In this document: piece after piece, positions 13,253 through 27,200 of the stretch
Numbering within the stretch: position 1 is the first letter of the stretch
How the letters are laid out: each line of letters begins with the position of its first letter
Origin: Klebsormidium nitens
Lineage: Eukaryota > Plantae > Klebsormidiophyceae
Assembly (NCBI GenBank): GCA_000708835.1
Contig: DF237065.1
Location: 126,722 to 190,721 of the forward strand
Reading direction: 5' to 3'
Length of the DNA stretch: 64,000 nt
The notes under the pieces: generated by a model
What the model was told of the DNA's origin: nothing
What the model saw: only the letters and a program-made list of their open reading frames with translations
Database searches by the model: none
Program-made: the position numbers and the translations under genes

Positions 13253-14249
13253 TTTGCCCCTTTATCCAAAGCCCCCAGCGCTATTGTATAGCCTAATGAA
13301 CCTGACTAAGTGTCCTGAGGCAATGCAGCTTTGTTTCCTGATGATGCGTCAATTACTGCGGCAGAAGAAAAGGTGGTACCATCCTTTCGGGCAGAAGAAG
13401 GCCTGCAGGCTGAGCGCACTTGCTCGTGTTTGTGGCGCACCTCCATCAGAAAGCAAACGCGAGCAAGCTTCTGCACCATCGTCTGGCAAATGCTCGCAAG
13501 ACTTTGAACACCTGAACGCCCTCAGGCTCACGAAGTGTGTTGTCTACAAAGCAGCCTGACACTGACAGTACCGTCAACCTTGCGCCGTTGGATGGAACAT
13601 CGGGAAATCCTATTGGACGGTCAGGGTCTAAGTATAACCGCTAGGCTGGCTTTATGACTGCCAACTTCCAAGGCCCAAGTTCAACTCGGGCTAAAGCACG
13701 CTGCAATGACATGGTCACTTCTTTTTATACCCAGTAGTTACGCCATGATGAGGTAGTCAGGTAGCATGTCATGTTAGTCATGTTGCTTTGTTGTTAGTAA
13801 CTGCTTGGTAACTAGAGCTATAGAAACATTTTTTGATGAAGCCCGAACTCCGAAATTGCTTGTTTCTGCGCCATGGGCCCAGGTGCCTAAGCGTTGACAT
13901 CGTCCGCGATAAAGTCGTGCATGCAGGCGGACTTTGTTAAGAGTGGTTACAACAGTATCTGTAGTGATAAGGAGATCGGCTTCAATTTGTTTTATGCATG
14001 ATGGTCGCGCACGGGCGGCTCCAAATAGTGCTATAGGTTTGGCATGTATGTTGACAACCAACATGGCTGGGCTGCGCAATAGAATCCAGAAATCGTCATC
14101 ATCATTTTAGAGGAAAGGGGGATTGCACAGTCTGCCTTTGACGCAACATTGTAGATGATTCGCATATCATACGCTGAGACCAGTCCTACATGGATGACTC
14201 GTGCACGCATGTATAGCGGCTGAGCAGGCAACTAGACACAACGCCACTC

Positions 14250-17200
14250 TCAATCCGCATGCGCATTTTTCACGGCCTCATACACGAGATCCACAAACCG
14301 GTCATCCTGCACTAGCTGTGCGAGCGCCTCCCTTATCCTATCCCTCGTGATGGAAACGCCCTCAGGCACGTGCGCTCCCCCCCCAAGTGGAGTTAGCGTC
14401 GGCGGGGGCGCCGGAGGGGGGAATGGCTGCAGCAATGGCGAGCCGTGGGGCAAGTGCCCGGGCTTTTGCCGAGCAGCCGCTGGAGGAAAGCTTTCTACTT
14501 CTTGAGAATAAGAGGGGGGGTAATTTTGGCCCGAGGAGGGGAGGGGGGGCGGGACGAAGAAGGCCGGTTTGGCTAACTGGGGTTTTGTGGGGTGGAAAAG
14601 CCCGGGAAGAGGGGCCTGATTGGAAGGGGGGGGGAGGAAGGAGTTGGGGCCTGGGAGGGGGGGAGCGGGGGGGGCGGAGGGGCCTGTGGAAGACTCGCCT
14701 TGGCTCAACTGGATGGCGGTCTGCAAGATGCAGAAAAAGTTTTACTTTTCCAGAAAGCATCCACAGCTCGTCAACACGAATCTTAGATTCGGCACACCGA
14801 TGTGGGCTGGACGAAACTCGACTTCGGGAGCCATCGTTGGCAATGTGAACCCAGCTTGCTTAGACGTGGTTCAGTGAAAGCCGAAGCGGAGGCGGTGTCG
14901 AGCATCCAGGAAGGTCACACTATGTTCGCATGTCAGCATGCTGTTTTCTGGAATTCAAAATCACTGAAACCCTGAGACGTGATGCCTCCCAAGATTAGCG
15001 GACGGAGCATGATTTCGAGAACACGAGGCGGTCAGCACCCTTATTCGCGCATCTCTCACTCAGAATCACCCCAGACAATCAGCAGCCAAACTTTCCAGGA
15101 GACACTTCTTTCCGCTGCGCGACCCGTCGAATCGTTCGCAGGACTTGCCAGCACCGCTTTCCTTCCTCAGGCACCCACCAAACGAGAAAGACAAGAGGAC
15201 CATATGAAAAGACATCCTCATAAGAAGAACGCACCGATCAAGGACGAAGTGTGCGCTCCAATCCAGGGGCAATGACTTACGTTGAAGAAGCGCTGCAAAA
15301 GATCGGCCGCGGGCTCTTCGGGCGATGAGATGGCCTCGTCGGACGGCCCCTCGAGCGGCTCCGCCACGACCGCGGCCGCGGTTTCGCCCGTCGGCTCTAG
15401 TTCTTGGTATGCCGGGCTGCAGGCACAAGGAAAGATGACTTTTCGGAAAGTTGAAAAATCACGGAAAGAAAAGGAACGACAATAGAGAAAGATCAGTTGA
15501 TTAGTTTTTGAAGGCTCGTCGGCTCTAGTTCCTAATATGCCGGGCTGCGAAGGAACAAATTCGACTCGTTCAAACAATCGTACTTGAAAACATTGTTCAA
15601 ATAGGAGAAGAAGTGGTGAAGTAACTTGCTCGGTGCCGCCGCAACCGAGAATGTCTCGAGTCTTGTGTGGAAACGGCGTTGTCCAGAACCTTACGGCAAT
15701 GATGAATGTCGGTGGTTAGAGGAAGACTTAGCAACAAACGAGCCGTCACCAGTCCGCCATTCACGAACTGTAATCAAAGAAAGTTGCCAGATTCGTGTAT
15801 TTTCAAAAGCATCCTACGAAAGGTTGGGAACCCTGCCTGACCCTCTTCCGGGAAACGATAGCCCCGTATCGGCGAGTTCTTTCCTAGGAGACAAACGTTG
15901 TTTATGCTGTTGGTAAGCGCTTTCGAAGTCGCTAAATTTATCTCGATGAAACATAGCGATCCGACAACAGAGACGTCTGCCTTCGTGCGGGAGAGCCCCC
16001 GCTTCTTTGACCGACCATAGATTCCGTTGCCCGTATTACTGAGCCAAAAGTCTCATATGGAAGGACCTTTTCGCGCGTTCTTTAAAACACTTAGCAATCA
16101 TACATACTCAATATCACAGAGGCTTTGTATACTGGCGTTCCCCCTTCCCCCCCGCGCCCGAAAGGTCCGATAGCGGCACACTCTCCTCGAGCAGAAGACG
16201 TTCCGGCTGGCAAAGAAGCCTGATCGCGCGCGTTTATGACAAGCGGGCCTTGAAACTTACATTACAGGGGCGAAGGCCTTCGGCTTAGGGGGCGTCTTGT
16301 TGAAAGCGGAGATTATCCTGCACCAAAAAACGATGAGGCTGTCATGAGGAAGTCGCGCTTTCCGGTCAGTTTTTGTCCATTTTTGCCAGAGGCAACTAGC
16401 TCAAAAAGAGGGCGTGGGCGTCGTACAATAGGAAACGATGCGTACGTAGGTCGCCTCATGGGGCACTCGTCAATCCAGTCGATTGGGGCATTGCTTGAGC
16501 GCGAGTTAGTCGGCTGGATCGAAATACGCATGACACGAAGAGTCAAGATCGAACCACAAATTTTTCCATGTCCACGGAATAGGGAAACTAGCGCAGCACC
16601 TGACAAGTAACCGGTCCTTGTTAAACGCCTAAGCGGTTCACTCTCGAAGAGCTTGGTGCGAATGGCTGGGCAAAACAGAACCGCGTCTTAGGAAAGACTT
16701 CGAAATGCAACCTCGGCATGGAAACTGGCGCAGGATTATGGTCGTGCTTGTCCGCGAGCTCCTCGTTCAGTACCCAATAAATGCCATATCATGGATGGCT
16801 CACTGGAAAAAGAGGTTCCTTTGCCCTACAGTTTAGAGCACAATCTCCTTGCGATTCGACAGGTCGTCACGTGCCCTCCCCTGACTCGAGTTGCACACGT
16901 CCATCTCTCGTTTGCTTCCTCGACTGGTTCCTAGACTTTCGGATTGGTGTGCGCTTTGCTTTGAACACAAAAGGTGAGAATGAGACCACTGCGACGCAGC
17001 CTCACCTGGTTATCAGCTTGGCGGCGTCCTCGCACTCGCGAGGGTGTAGAACCAGACTTTCCAAACGTCCGAAACAGCGTGTGCAGTCTGCTTCAAAGTA
17101 AGGAAGCGCAGAGATAAAGAAGCGTGACAAGCAGCCTCACCTGGTTATGAGCTTGGCGGCGTCTTCGCACTCGCGGGGGTTGTAGAACCAGATGCCGTTG

Positions 17201-20200
17201 ACCTCCTGGACGGCATTGCGGTACAGCAGGTACGGCGTCTGCACCTCGAACTCGAAGTCGCCCAGCAGATCCTCCACTAGGTTTTCTGTAAGGTATTAGA
17301 AGTGGGAGTATGTGGGCTTTCTGGATTTTATTTGGCTTACAGCAGTATGGTAGAACCCGTGTGACAGAGCAGGTCAAGTGTTTTCACCTCGAACTCGAAG
17401 TCGCCCAGCAGATCCTCCATCAGGTTTTCTGTAAGGGAAGGGAATTTCGAGTATGTGGGCTTTCTGGGTTTCTAAGGCTTACGGTTTGGATCATGGTAGA
17501 CCTTGATAGAGCCGTTTGATAGAGCACGTCAACCGTTCGCACCTCGAACTCAAAATCGCCCAGTAGATCCTCTACCAGATTCTCTGCAGAGGTTCTAACG
17601 GCTTGGAGTTTTTGAGCTTTCTGGATTGTTGAAACGAGTCAGCAATGTTTCGAATATGATCAACTTTGAAGACCCCTTGGCGACTGAAGGTTTCGTCTGT
17701 GACAACTTTACGAAGTATCGCCACCTCAGGATTCGCACATGGTAGAGCAGGTCGAACAATTGCATCAACAATGGGAATTTGCTAAGCAGGAGCTTTATCA
17801 GGGTCGCTGCAAGGCCTAAAAAATCTGAGTCACTTGGCTTCGTGGAGGTGTAAAGTATACTCGTTCTTGTTGATGTCCTCGTTCTTGTTGTGTATTCACT
17901 TGCCTTGCCCGAACATTTTTATTGTTTTTCAACTTACGTATCTGGCGACGAAAGTGTCGAAATAAGACGCTTGTATCGTGAATAAACTTGGGGACACTAC
18001 GCACACGAGGTCAGCTGTTTGCACGGCACAGAGAAGCAGCAATGACAAGAGCAACTAAAGATTGAACACTCTTGACAGGGTTGACTCTAAGGAAGATCCG
18101 CTCTTCCAGCCTAAAACCGTGAAGCAAGAGGTCAAATGCACGATTCCGGACTCCGCTCCAACCAGCCGCTGAGATAAGGTATACAAAAGTGGGGGTTGAA
18201 TGCGATAGTGTCTCTCGTTCCCAATCCGCAAGTCCTGCCGTCGTCTACCCCCACTGACACCAAGTCGAGTGCATTATGATGCATGCCCGATCCCTGCAAT
18301 GTTAGCACATACCAAAGGATTGGTAAAGTCCTCCTCTGGCCAGTGCATCTGCAAATCCTCCCTGCCAACAGAAACAGATCACTGAACCTTACTGCTAGCG
18401 GAAGTCCTTGAGACACAGAAAGCTAGTTCGCACTTACCGGTGCTCCTCCTGTTCATCACGATGAACTGGAAACGGGGCTGCGTCCGCCTGCGAGAGAGTG
18501 GAGATTGCGGCTTTTTAACACTGTTTATTCTCCTAGCAGTACAATTAAATAAGTCTGAGCAGTCGAATTGGAGGTCGTGCGAGTCTGGGGTTCAGTGTAT
18601 CCTTTGTTCAAAGGTGTTACAAATTTCTTCTTACTATGCAATCTCGTCGGAACAGGACGCAATTTCCTTTGCTAACCAGTGGCCCTATCAGTACTTTTAT
18701 GGTGGCCCTATCGGTACTTTCATGGTGGCCCTAACGGGACTTGCTATGGATCATGACCCAGTATCTACACCAACGAGGCTGCTCAAAAATAATCAAAAGC
18801 CCGCTTCAGGGTGAGCAAGTGGTGGTGATTGAGAATCGGACAAATAACAGCCTGCCGTCAGAACTAACTTTCAGCATCTATGCTTGTTTTCCTCACCCTC
18901 TCTGTTTTTCTTTCAGCTCATTATGCTTCAAACTATTCCCCTCCGGACAAGTCTTACCTTTTGACCACAAACAAAGACCCCTCAACGTCCTTCCGACTCT
19001 GCAGAAAGCACGTTGCAAGCGGTTAGCTTGTTGTGAAAACTGAGGCAAAATTGCTCCACCCTTTGACCTGCATAATTAAGACTTTGATTTCCAAGGGTCA
19101 ATCTCAGACCCTACTGCCAATCACGACCTATCCAATCTACCGGCCTGCTTATCGCTTGAAGGCCTGCATGGTCGATCGTGATGGACGCGTTGAAGACCAA
19201 GATCAGATTGAGCGATTCAGGAACACTTTTGACTGCAGAGCCTCTTGTAACGCATGTGGCCCATCAAAATTGTACACCTCCGCAAGGTTCAACCTACATT
19301 GATAGCCAAATCTGGTATAGGAGGTGCCCCTGACAATCTCTCAGCTCTCTCTTTTCTTTAATGCACAAGTCACACGCCACAGGAACACACTTGATCTTGG
19401 GGGGACCGAAACTGAACTCCAGCCAAGAAGCGGAGGCATGTGGAACTGCATATCATCTAGAAACAGCTCTTTTAAGGCAAGCTACCAAACACTTGTCAGG
19501 ACCAAACTATTCACTAAGTACTTAGATGCACAAGGTCTGCAATCTACACCATACTCTATAGATGTACTGGCCCAAATGTGGGGGATGCTTATGAGCAAGA
19601 GCGGACAGTCACAAGTCTTCAGCAGCAGCTTGCTGAATGCATCAGTGTCTGCAGATGGACCGGCCCAGACATGGGAGATGCTCATGAGCAAAAGCGGACG
19701 GTCCAAAGTCTTCAGCAGAAGCTTGCTTAAATGCATTAGTGTCTGGCATCATGGAGAAAAGGTTCTGGACGCAGTAGTGGTGGTACAATGAACAGTTGAC
19801 TCAAAGACCCACTGTAAGATAGACCGCCACTCAAGCCTTGTTGTCCTCATGACAAAGCAATTGGAAGGACTAACACTAGCTTTTTAACACTTCCACCGCC
19901 ATTGCAAATACTATGCTCGTTTCTTGATCACATGGTACTCTGGACGAGGCTTCACAAGGTAGGCCCTTTGGAACGCCACAGATACAAGCATCCAAACTTG
20001 CAGCTTGCTCGACGGAAGAGCAGGGAAGGATGCTAGTCAGAAAATAGTCATCGAGAAATACCCCACACTCACCCACTGCTTCTCATCGACGTCAAACTCG
20101 TACAGCGTCACATGCCCCGCCGTCGCCAGGATGTCCTCCACGTTGGCATCCATCCGCTGCAAGACCGCCAGGTTCAGCTCCTTGGCTGACTCCTGATCGA

Positions 20201-20231
20201 TCTGCGGCTGCGGGGTGCGGCTCTGCGCCAT
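14250..20231 (-). CDS. DCP1: mRNA decapping cofactor DCP1 (EVH1 domain, Pro-rich linker, C-terminal trimerisation domain)
   Basis: Exons 20231-20073, 18998-18958, 18487-18438, 17285-17141, 16317-16261, 15416-15281, 14720-14250. Gives LNLAVLQRMD..W-SRKDVEGSLFVVKRRTQPRFQFIVMNRRSTENLVEDLLGDFEFEVQTPYLLYRN..EVNGIWFY..EC and ITRDRIREALAQLVQDDRFVD. Confidence 0.95.
18679..18748. repeat. 23-bp minisatellite, 3 imperfect units, in DCP1 intron 2
   Basis: gtggccctatcagtacttttatg / gtggccctatcggtactttcatg / gtggccctaacgggacttgctatg. Confidence 0.85.
19325..19430 (-). mobile_element. Possible highly degenerate non-LTR retrotransposon (zf-RVT region) fragment in DCP1 intron 1
   Basis: With one 1-nt frameshift the minus strand reads WSSVSxPPKIK-VFLWRVTCALKKRES*EIVRG, like the zf-RVT signature W..VPPKIKVFLWR..ALPTR.NL..RG. 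No RT core seen. Confidence 0.35.
19571..19745. repeat. 93-bp imperfect tandem duplication in DCP1 intron 1
   Basis: cccaaatgtgggggatgcttatgagcaagagcggac... at 19571 and cccagacatgggagatgctcatgagcaaaagcggac... at 19664. Confidence 0.85.
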
Positions 20232-20808
20232 GCTTGCACCCGGGCTTTTGGACGCAAGGGGTTCCGGGCGCCTCTCAGGAAACGCAGCTCTTTGCAAACC
20301 TTCCGACAAGCAACGGAACATTTAGCAGACTCCTGTTGTGGCTGCACCCCTGCGATTCTTTGCCTTCACAGACGTCGTTTCAAGTGCACATCTTCATTCA
20401 GAACTTCAGCCTTCAGGAGACTTCAATGATTCTGAAGAGCGACAGATCAACAGAGATCAGATACCGAGTCAAGAGGAGCCGAATTGACAACGGAGGTGAA
20501 GATGGGAAAATATGCAGTCAAATTACATGAACTCTTATGAGCATCCGGAGCAAAAAGACGGCACGCGGTAACCGGCGTTTTGTATATCCTTTAATTTGTC
20601 TTTTGAAATAGAACGGTCAACCGTTACCAAGCCCTTAAAAAATCAAAAGCCTCTGATAAAAACTCCGAATATATCAAACAGACTTGTCATGTCTGTACAG
20701 CTGGGTTCCGAATCCAGCCATGAAGACTTTCGTGGCCCCACATTCTGAATCCTAGAGCTGCGAAACACTTGAGGAGCGCTTAGAACTCCCAGACAGCTAG
20801 CGACCATC

Positions 20809-22830
20809 ATGGCGTCCTCTCTTGCTGCCGGAGCCGTCAGCTCCAAGCTCGTTGCCATCCGCATTCCCTCCTCTCAGCAGACTTCCTGCCAACCTTCTTC
20901 TTTCTCCGGAGCCCCCATCTTTGCGCACAGACTACCTGCAAACGGAAGCAGGATAACTTGTCAGGCAGAGAAAGACGCTGCTGACGTAAGCAGGAGGAGC
21001 ATTTTGGGGCTTGCTGCTGCAGTCGTCCCAGTCTTGGCTGCGTCTCCTGCATTTGCGCTTCTGGAGAGCGATGAAGATCTAGAGTTGCTCTCAAAGGTGA
21101 AGGAGTCGAGGAAGAAGCGGGAGGCCAGCCAAGCGGAGGCGAAAAACAACCAGGATGAGTCATGTAAGGCGGCCATGCTGGCGGATTTGGGCTACAATGG
21201 TTTGTTTCTTGTGTTTTTCCTGATCTCGGTGTCACTCGGGGAGCTTTTATGAGCTTCATGCAGGCTTGTGCATTTCCATTTCTCGAACTCAGCCAACACC
21301 GCCATCTCTTCTGAAACTGGTACATGAGCGGCACAACCCTAACGGTTTGCACATGTGTCCGCACACTTGCCCTGGCGGTATTTCCGCCTGCATTCGGTTA
21401 TTCATCGCAATCGCTTAGTATGCGGCAGGGCTTAAAAGTGATCATCGTGCAAAGCTTCAGAATGAGTTTGATTGGCTGCTGCAGCTGAAATCTGCAAGCA
21501 AAGGTTGAGGGACAAGCTCAAGAGCTTTTACTCCCCGTAATGAGGACTTTATATGCTCCTGTGAGCGAAGCCTATAAAGTCTGCGATATGGTCCGCTCAA
21601 AGGAGCATATACTGACGGTGATATCCATGTTCTTTCAAAGACTTGCACTGTCGAACCACCTCAAGAAAAGTCTGCTGAGGTGGACTCTTTATACAGCGGG
21701 AGTCATGTGTGCTCTTCTCGTTTCCCTGATCGAGAGCAAGACGCACCGCTAACCAGCGCTTTCAGGGCTGGACTGGTGATCAAGTAGCTGAAGCAGAATT
21801 AGGTGATGAAAGCATAAGCAAGTCGAAGAAGACGCATAGAAAGTTCAAAGAGAAAAGATAGAAGAAGAACAACAATTTGAATGTGGCGCCCTTCTTTTTC
21901 CGCAGCGGCGGTCCAGGATGCGGTAAACAGGCTGGCCAAGGCTGGCCAGGCGATTGACAGCGACGACTTTGAAACCGCGTCGTCTGTCCTCGGAAGCAGC
22001 TCGGACGTTACCTGGGTTGCAAATGTAGATGGGGCTCTAGCTAAGGTGACCGTTTCGACTTAGAATGTCTGCATCAAGGCTTGTTAATGAAAGCAGATTC
22101 TGTTGGTATGTGACATGGTGAACCTGAGGCAGTCGCTCAACAGTGACATGATGGCTTGCTGGTGATTGGGACATCAAGTAGAGGCACATTGCCCCCAGGT
22201 TATCTGCTGCTTTTACTGAAAGCTGGCCTTTTCTGCTTGATATAAAACACGAGAGCTCCTGAACTATGCGCTGACCACCTACAACTTGCTTGCAGTTCGG
22301 TAGCAAAGGAAAGGAAAAGAAGGCGGCTGCCGACTTCAAATCTGCGTTGAAGGCCCTCCAGACCTCAGGTAATTCAGTCGTACTTCATTGAATCTTGTTT
22401 TCACGCTAATCTTCTCCAGTGGCACACAGTTGAGGTGAACCTTTCTTTGAACAACTGGGAAGCCCAAAAGCTGCGATCAATGACCATCTTAATTCTTGCA
22501 CTTCCACCATCTCTGTAAGGGGCCAGAGCTTTTGGACTGTCAGTCCCTCACAATAACGTGCTCGTGGAACTCATTGAAATGTCGTCCTGACGCTAAATGC
22601 TTCTAAAGATCTAAAAAGTTGGGGTCCCGACTGCGCAACAAAAGGACGTATCTCTAGCCGTAACAGTCGTCTCAATCGCTTGTTGGATCTGGTCCACTCC
22701 AACTTCTCTTGCCGTTGCAGTTGCTCAAAAGAATGCTGATGCAGCGAAGAGCCAATTCGTAACTGCCGCAAAGGCTCTTGAATTGTGGAGCGACCTGACC
22801 GGACTCGCAGCTACTCTACAAGGATTGTAG
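20809..22830 (+). CDS. MPH2: Thylakoid lumenal 16.5 kDa protein (MPH2/TL16.5), photosystem II maintenance
   Basis: Exons 20809-21163, 21906-22045, 22296-22368, 22721-22830. Transit peptide, Tat twin-arginine SRRSILG, AFA cleavage site, then LLESDEDLELLSKVKESRKKR ... RLAKAGQAIDSDD ... ALELWSDLTGLAATLQGL. Confidence 0.9.
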
Positions 22831-23745
22831 TTTAATCACTGGTAAGCTTCGTGTTGGGTACAGTCCGAGGTGAATGGGGTTCGGAATGTTCCTACCATTT
22901 TGGGCTTGGTGCATCATGGGCTTTTGCGGCCGCCTTATGCTATTACCGTTCCAATTTTGCAGCTATTCATTTTCTGCGAACAAATTGATCTTTAAGGTTC
23001 GACCTCGGACTCCGGCTCGAGTTACAATGCATGTGACCATCTTGACTTGTCGGATGGTACCGACCGTCTCTGTTTGAATGTGACAAAGTTTTACTGCTGC
23101 CATGGGCGATAAGTACGTATATGCGGCACGGCATGCATTACGGGGCGGCAATGAAGTGAGTATGATGGTAACTCTGGTTTCGCAGTGACATTCGTTTCGA
23201 TCAAGATGTAGCACTGTTCATACCACTGCCACCTCCGCTTCACGATGCATCATATACATATTGTCCTGTACTTTTTCTGCAAACCGTCTAGCTCTGTCGA
23301 GATGCGCATGTTATATTGTATTCCGCGTCATGCAATCCGTCTGGAATCCATCTGAGCGCATAGTAAGATGGACCGCCGATATAACATGTTGGATGAAACC
23401 TGCCAACGATTGGTCGTGCAGTCACTGAGTCTTTTAAGTAGGACGGAGCAATGTGTCGATCGGCGGCCCCGGGCGCCAATATCTCAGTCCGTCCTGTCAG
23501 ATCCATTAGGCCTTCAGCAGTGCATGGTGAATACTTGCTTCGCTGCTATGTACACAGAAGTTCGCTGAATACGTACGGCTTTTCGGAAGCACTGGCATTG
23601 TGCTGGTCGAAGCTGAGAACTTGTATCACGGTCTGAAGGGCCGCGGTCGCGCGGCCGCCTCGTACTAAAAACTAAGTTAGCCGCGCGGCGGCCCGGCCTC
23701 GATGATCATATGACGGCACAGTTTAGGAACAGTATTAGCCGTAGG

Positions 23746-23765
23746 NNNNNNNNNNNNNNNNNNNN
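23746..23765. other. Assembly gap (20 N) in a GC-rich segment
   Basis: Run of N. Confidence 1.
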
Positions 23766-24260
23766 GGACGACGGCGCGGGCGGCAAGGGGCCGCGCGGCG
23801 CGCACCATCTTCCGACGACTCACAGCGCGCCATGTGTCAATACAACCATGGCCGTTCGATGAGTCATTCAATGCCATGTCAGCTATGGCTCCTTGAAATC
23901 GGACGGCCGTATGGACCCGATCTAGGGCTGACATGCCCGAGCACCGTCGATAGCGTCAGCAATAGGAGGGGAATCCCAGCTCCTGGATTCCCTGCCTGCG
24001 CAACTCATGAACTTATGAAGCGCTTTTGGAGTTTGAACTTTGGACTGGCTTTAGCGGAGGGGCTCTTGATCCTCGTTTGCTCCCCTGAGCAGAAGCCTGA
24101 GAAGGTCGAAAACAGCGTAAAATTGGTTCTTCGTGTGGTAGATGTCGTTCTGAACGCCAGGGGGACGACAACCCTGAGGAAAGAAGAGGTACATTGTGGA
24201 GCTCAAAGAAAATTTGGAAAGAACACTTGCGTTAAATCTGCTGCGAGTGGAGGTTTCAAG

Positions 24261-27200
24261 ATGGCCATGTCTCTGCAGGCCAGGGCCGGGCTCTCGTCGG
24301 GGTCTCTTGGACATCCTTCTTTTTCATCCTCCTCATCTTATTCCTGCACTCGACAGCTGCTAATGTGTCCGAGTCTGTGTTCAAAGCAGAGCAAAAATGG
24401 ACGGCAAGCTCTCTCTATCTTGAAGAGGATAGAAAGGGACCTTCGGTATCAGGCAATGGTGTCTGCGACCAGCAGGAAGGGGCGCAGCGGATCTGGCAGG
24501 TAAGAGTTTGGGGGCCCTTGCGACCTTTTCTTGTTTTCTGTACTGGCGGTTTACTTCTTACACTTGCTGGCATCGCGGCGATGCACCTCTTATGCCTGAG
24601 AGACTCACTTGTACCGAAGCTTGCTTTGTTTTGAATGTTTATTTCAAATTGTGTGGCAATTGGTGCAAATCGTGCGCTAGACCAGTCGGTTGCTGCATCT
24701 GAATACCGTGTGTTCTCTTGATGCACAATTTAGGCTTGCTTGCAATACGAGAAGAAACAATTGCAGCACGTGGTCTTAAAGAATACCTAAGAACAGAGTG
24801 TCTTCCATCAACCAGCTCAATATGGAGCTTTTACAATACCCCACATGCACAAGTAACCTCGCCGTAAATCAATGGTGCGCATCAGTTTCTGCTTGCCACC
24901 ATTACCAAAGGGCAGCTTCATTGTGAGCGACAATGTGTGATCGTTAGTGGCTAACATTTGTGGTTGACTCAAGTCTGACAATCATTAGATCTGTAGCTTC
25001 GACAGCTGACAGCAACAAAATTGTCGGCTGCTAATGAAATGGCCTTCCTTAAGTGGCCAATGTCCGGCCTTCCGTAAGTGGCCAATGTCCGGTTTTGTGA
25101 AAATGTTGTTGATGCTAACCTTGTTCCTAACCTTGGTTTTACTATGATCACCGTGCCTAGAAGCAAGCCTTGAAGCAAGTCTACCTGGTGAAATTCCTGC
25201 AAACCTAGAGTGCCGCATTTGATGGAATAATAAGAAGTAGAAAAAGCTGATGGTTTCTTTGCGTATGGACCTGAAAAGTGGTATTCTGCTTGATTCACAT
25301 GTAAGAGTTTCCAACTGTCCACATTCCAAATAATTTTGTAGTGTTGATATTTTATGGACGAGCAAGGCCCTAGTGAACTTCGCGTTTACAAAGGCCCCCT
25401 CCCTCGAGCAGCAAAGCAAGGCAATCATCAATCTATTTCTGCTTCCGCTTTTTGCAATGTGGAGGCACCTGCGAGCCCCTGAAAATATGTCACAACAGGC
25501 TGCCAAGTTCTGTGACCTGGTTGATGCACACATAATTATAGGTTCCTGACAAGCAGCAGGCATATTGACAATCCAAGCTAAGAATACCAAAAATTCCGCA
25601 GCTCGTTAAATACTTCATCTGACCTGCTAAAAGTGTGGAGCAACTAGCTTCTCGCAATGCTTTTGCCGTTTTGTAAGTGTGGCCTACCAGGACTTCGCGA
25701 TCGAGCTTAGGCAAATGATTTAGGTTTTCACAAAGTTCAACGAATTAACGAGTTTCATTAATGTGAACTGCACTACCTCTCCTCACTTTCGTGTCTCGTT
25801 TGTCTGCCACGTAATGCTGAGATAGTTGTACTAGTTTCAAATCCCAAAATATAACTGAAGCCACCCTTTGTGGCCTCCTTTGTGGCCTCATGAGAGCTAT
25901 TTCGTCATGGTCTTCGCAGATTCCGCGTTTAACGTATCTCGCCCTTACATGCCTCTAAATGCGAGCACATCCTCTGGGAGAAAGTCTTCCGAGACGCCCT
26001 CCACACCCACCACCAATCAGACTGTTGTGTTTCTTGATCGGAGGTCTAAGCTGAGCTTGCGACATCAACCTGATTCAGATTTCTATGCTTCAATATCTCT
26101 TCCATTGGCAAGGGCCAAGCCTTGATTTCCCCCTCGCACCTCTCCCGTACGATACGAAGCATATTCCTTATCAGGCCGTATTTTCACATACAGTTGTGGG
26201 TTTCCACCTAAACCCCTCATCTGATTGAAACAATGAACCCCCTCTTTCCAGGGCGCAAGCCGTCGAGTCCCCCTCAGCTGCCGTCGTCGACGACGCCCCA
26301 ACTGTAGTTGCCGAACCCCAACCTGAACCCCTTGCCCCCAACCAAACAAACGAAGCCACCGAGTCGTCCTCCGCAATTGGCAACGGGCCGGCCGTGCCTC
26401 TTGATATCTACCCATCCTCTGGCCTAGAAGTTGACACCATGGCAGAAGCAGACCTAAAGGAGAATGGGTTCCGGAGTACCCGGAGAACTAAGTTGATCTG
26501 TACGATCGGGCCGTCGAGCTGTTCTGCGGAGCAGCTAGAGAATCTGGCCATTGGCGGGATGAACGTGGCGCGGCTGAACATGTGCCATGGGACGCACGAG
26601 TGGCATCGGCAGGTGCGCCCCTTGACTCGTGTTCTTCGTGATTTCCCTTCGGTGCTTTCTTTTCCTGGCACATGCTCTGTGTCTTCGCTTTTTCTGCCCA
26701 TTGTGTAGCTCTTGTCCTCGAGGAGTTTTGACGCAGCTTGAACTTGTGCCCTCCGATTGCACTGGTATGTAAGGCGTTTTGCGGGCTTCTTGCGACCTCT
26801 ACTTTGTTTACACTCACTCGCATCAAGCTGCACAGGGATGAATAGATTGAGCCAAAGAGTGGTGAATGCAAGGACGGGGTCCTTGCAGCTGGCCAGTAGA
26901 CCGCGTTCTTCGTTGATTACTTCCCAGTTCGGCACAACAAGATGGTCTTATCAGTCTCGTTCCCAACTATCTGGTCGGCCATCAAGCGGCCCGATCACCT
27001 GTACTGCTTTCACTATAAGGATCTGCTGCTTATGGTCTGCGGCTTCTTTGTTGGTACCGCGTTGTATACTTCGTATCTGTCGTTTACCATGCCTTGACAA
27101 AGCGAAGAAGTCAAAGATTCCGGCAAGAAGGAGATGACCATAGCCATTGTTCTGACTTGTTGCAGGTAATCAGGAACGTGAAGAAGCTGAACAAGGAGAA

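Noticed and set aside
24985-25714. 201-aa and 74-aa antisense ORFs in PK intron 1
   Set aside because: No recognisable domain, and composition is not coding-like. May be TE debris but I cannot support that.
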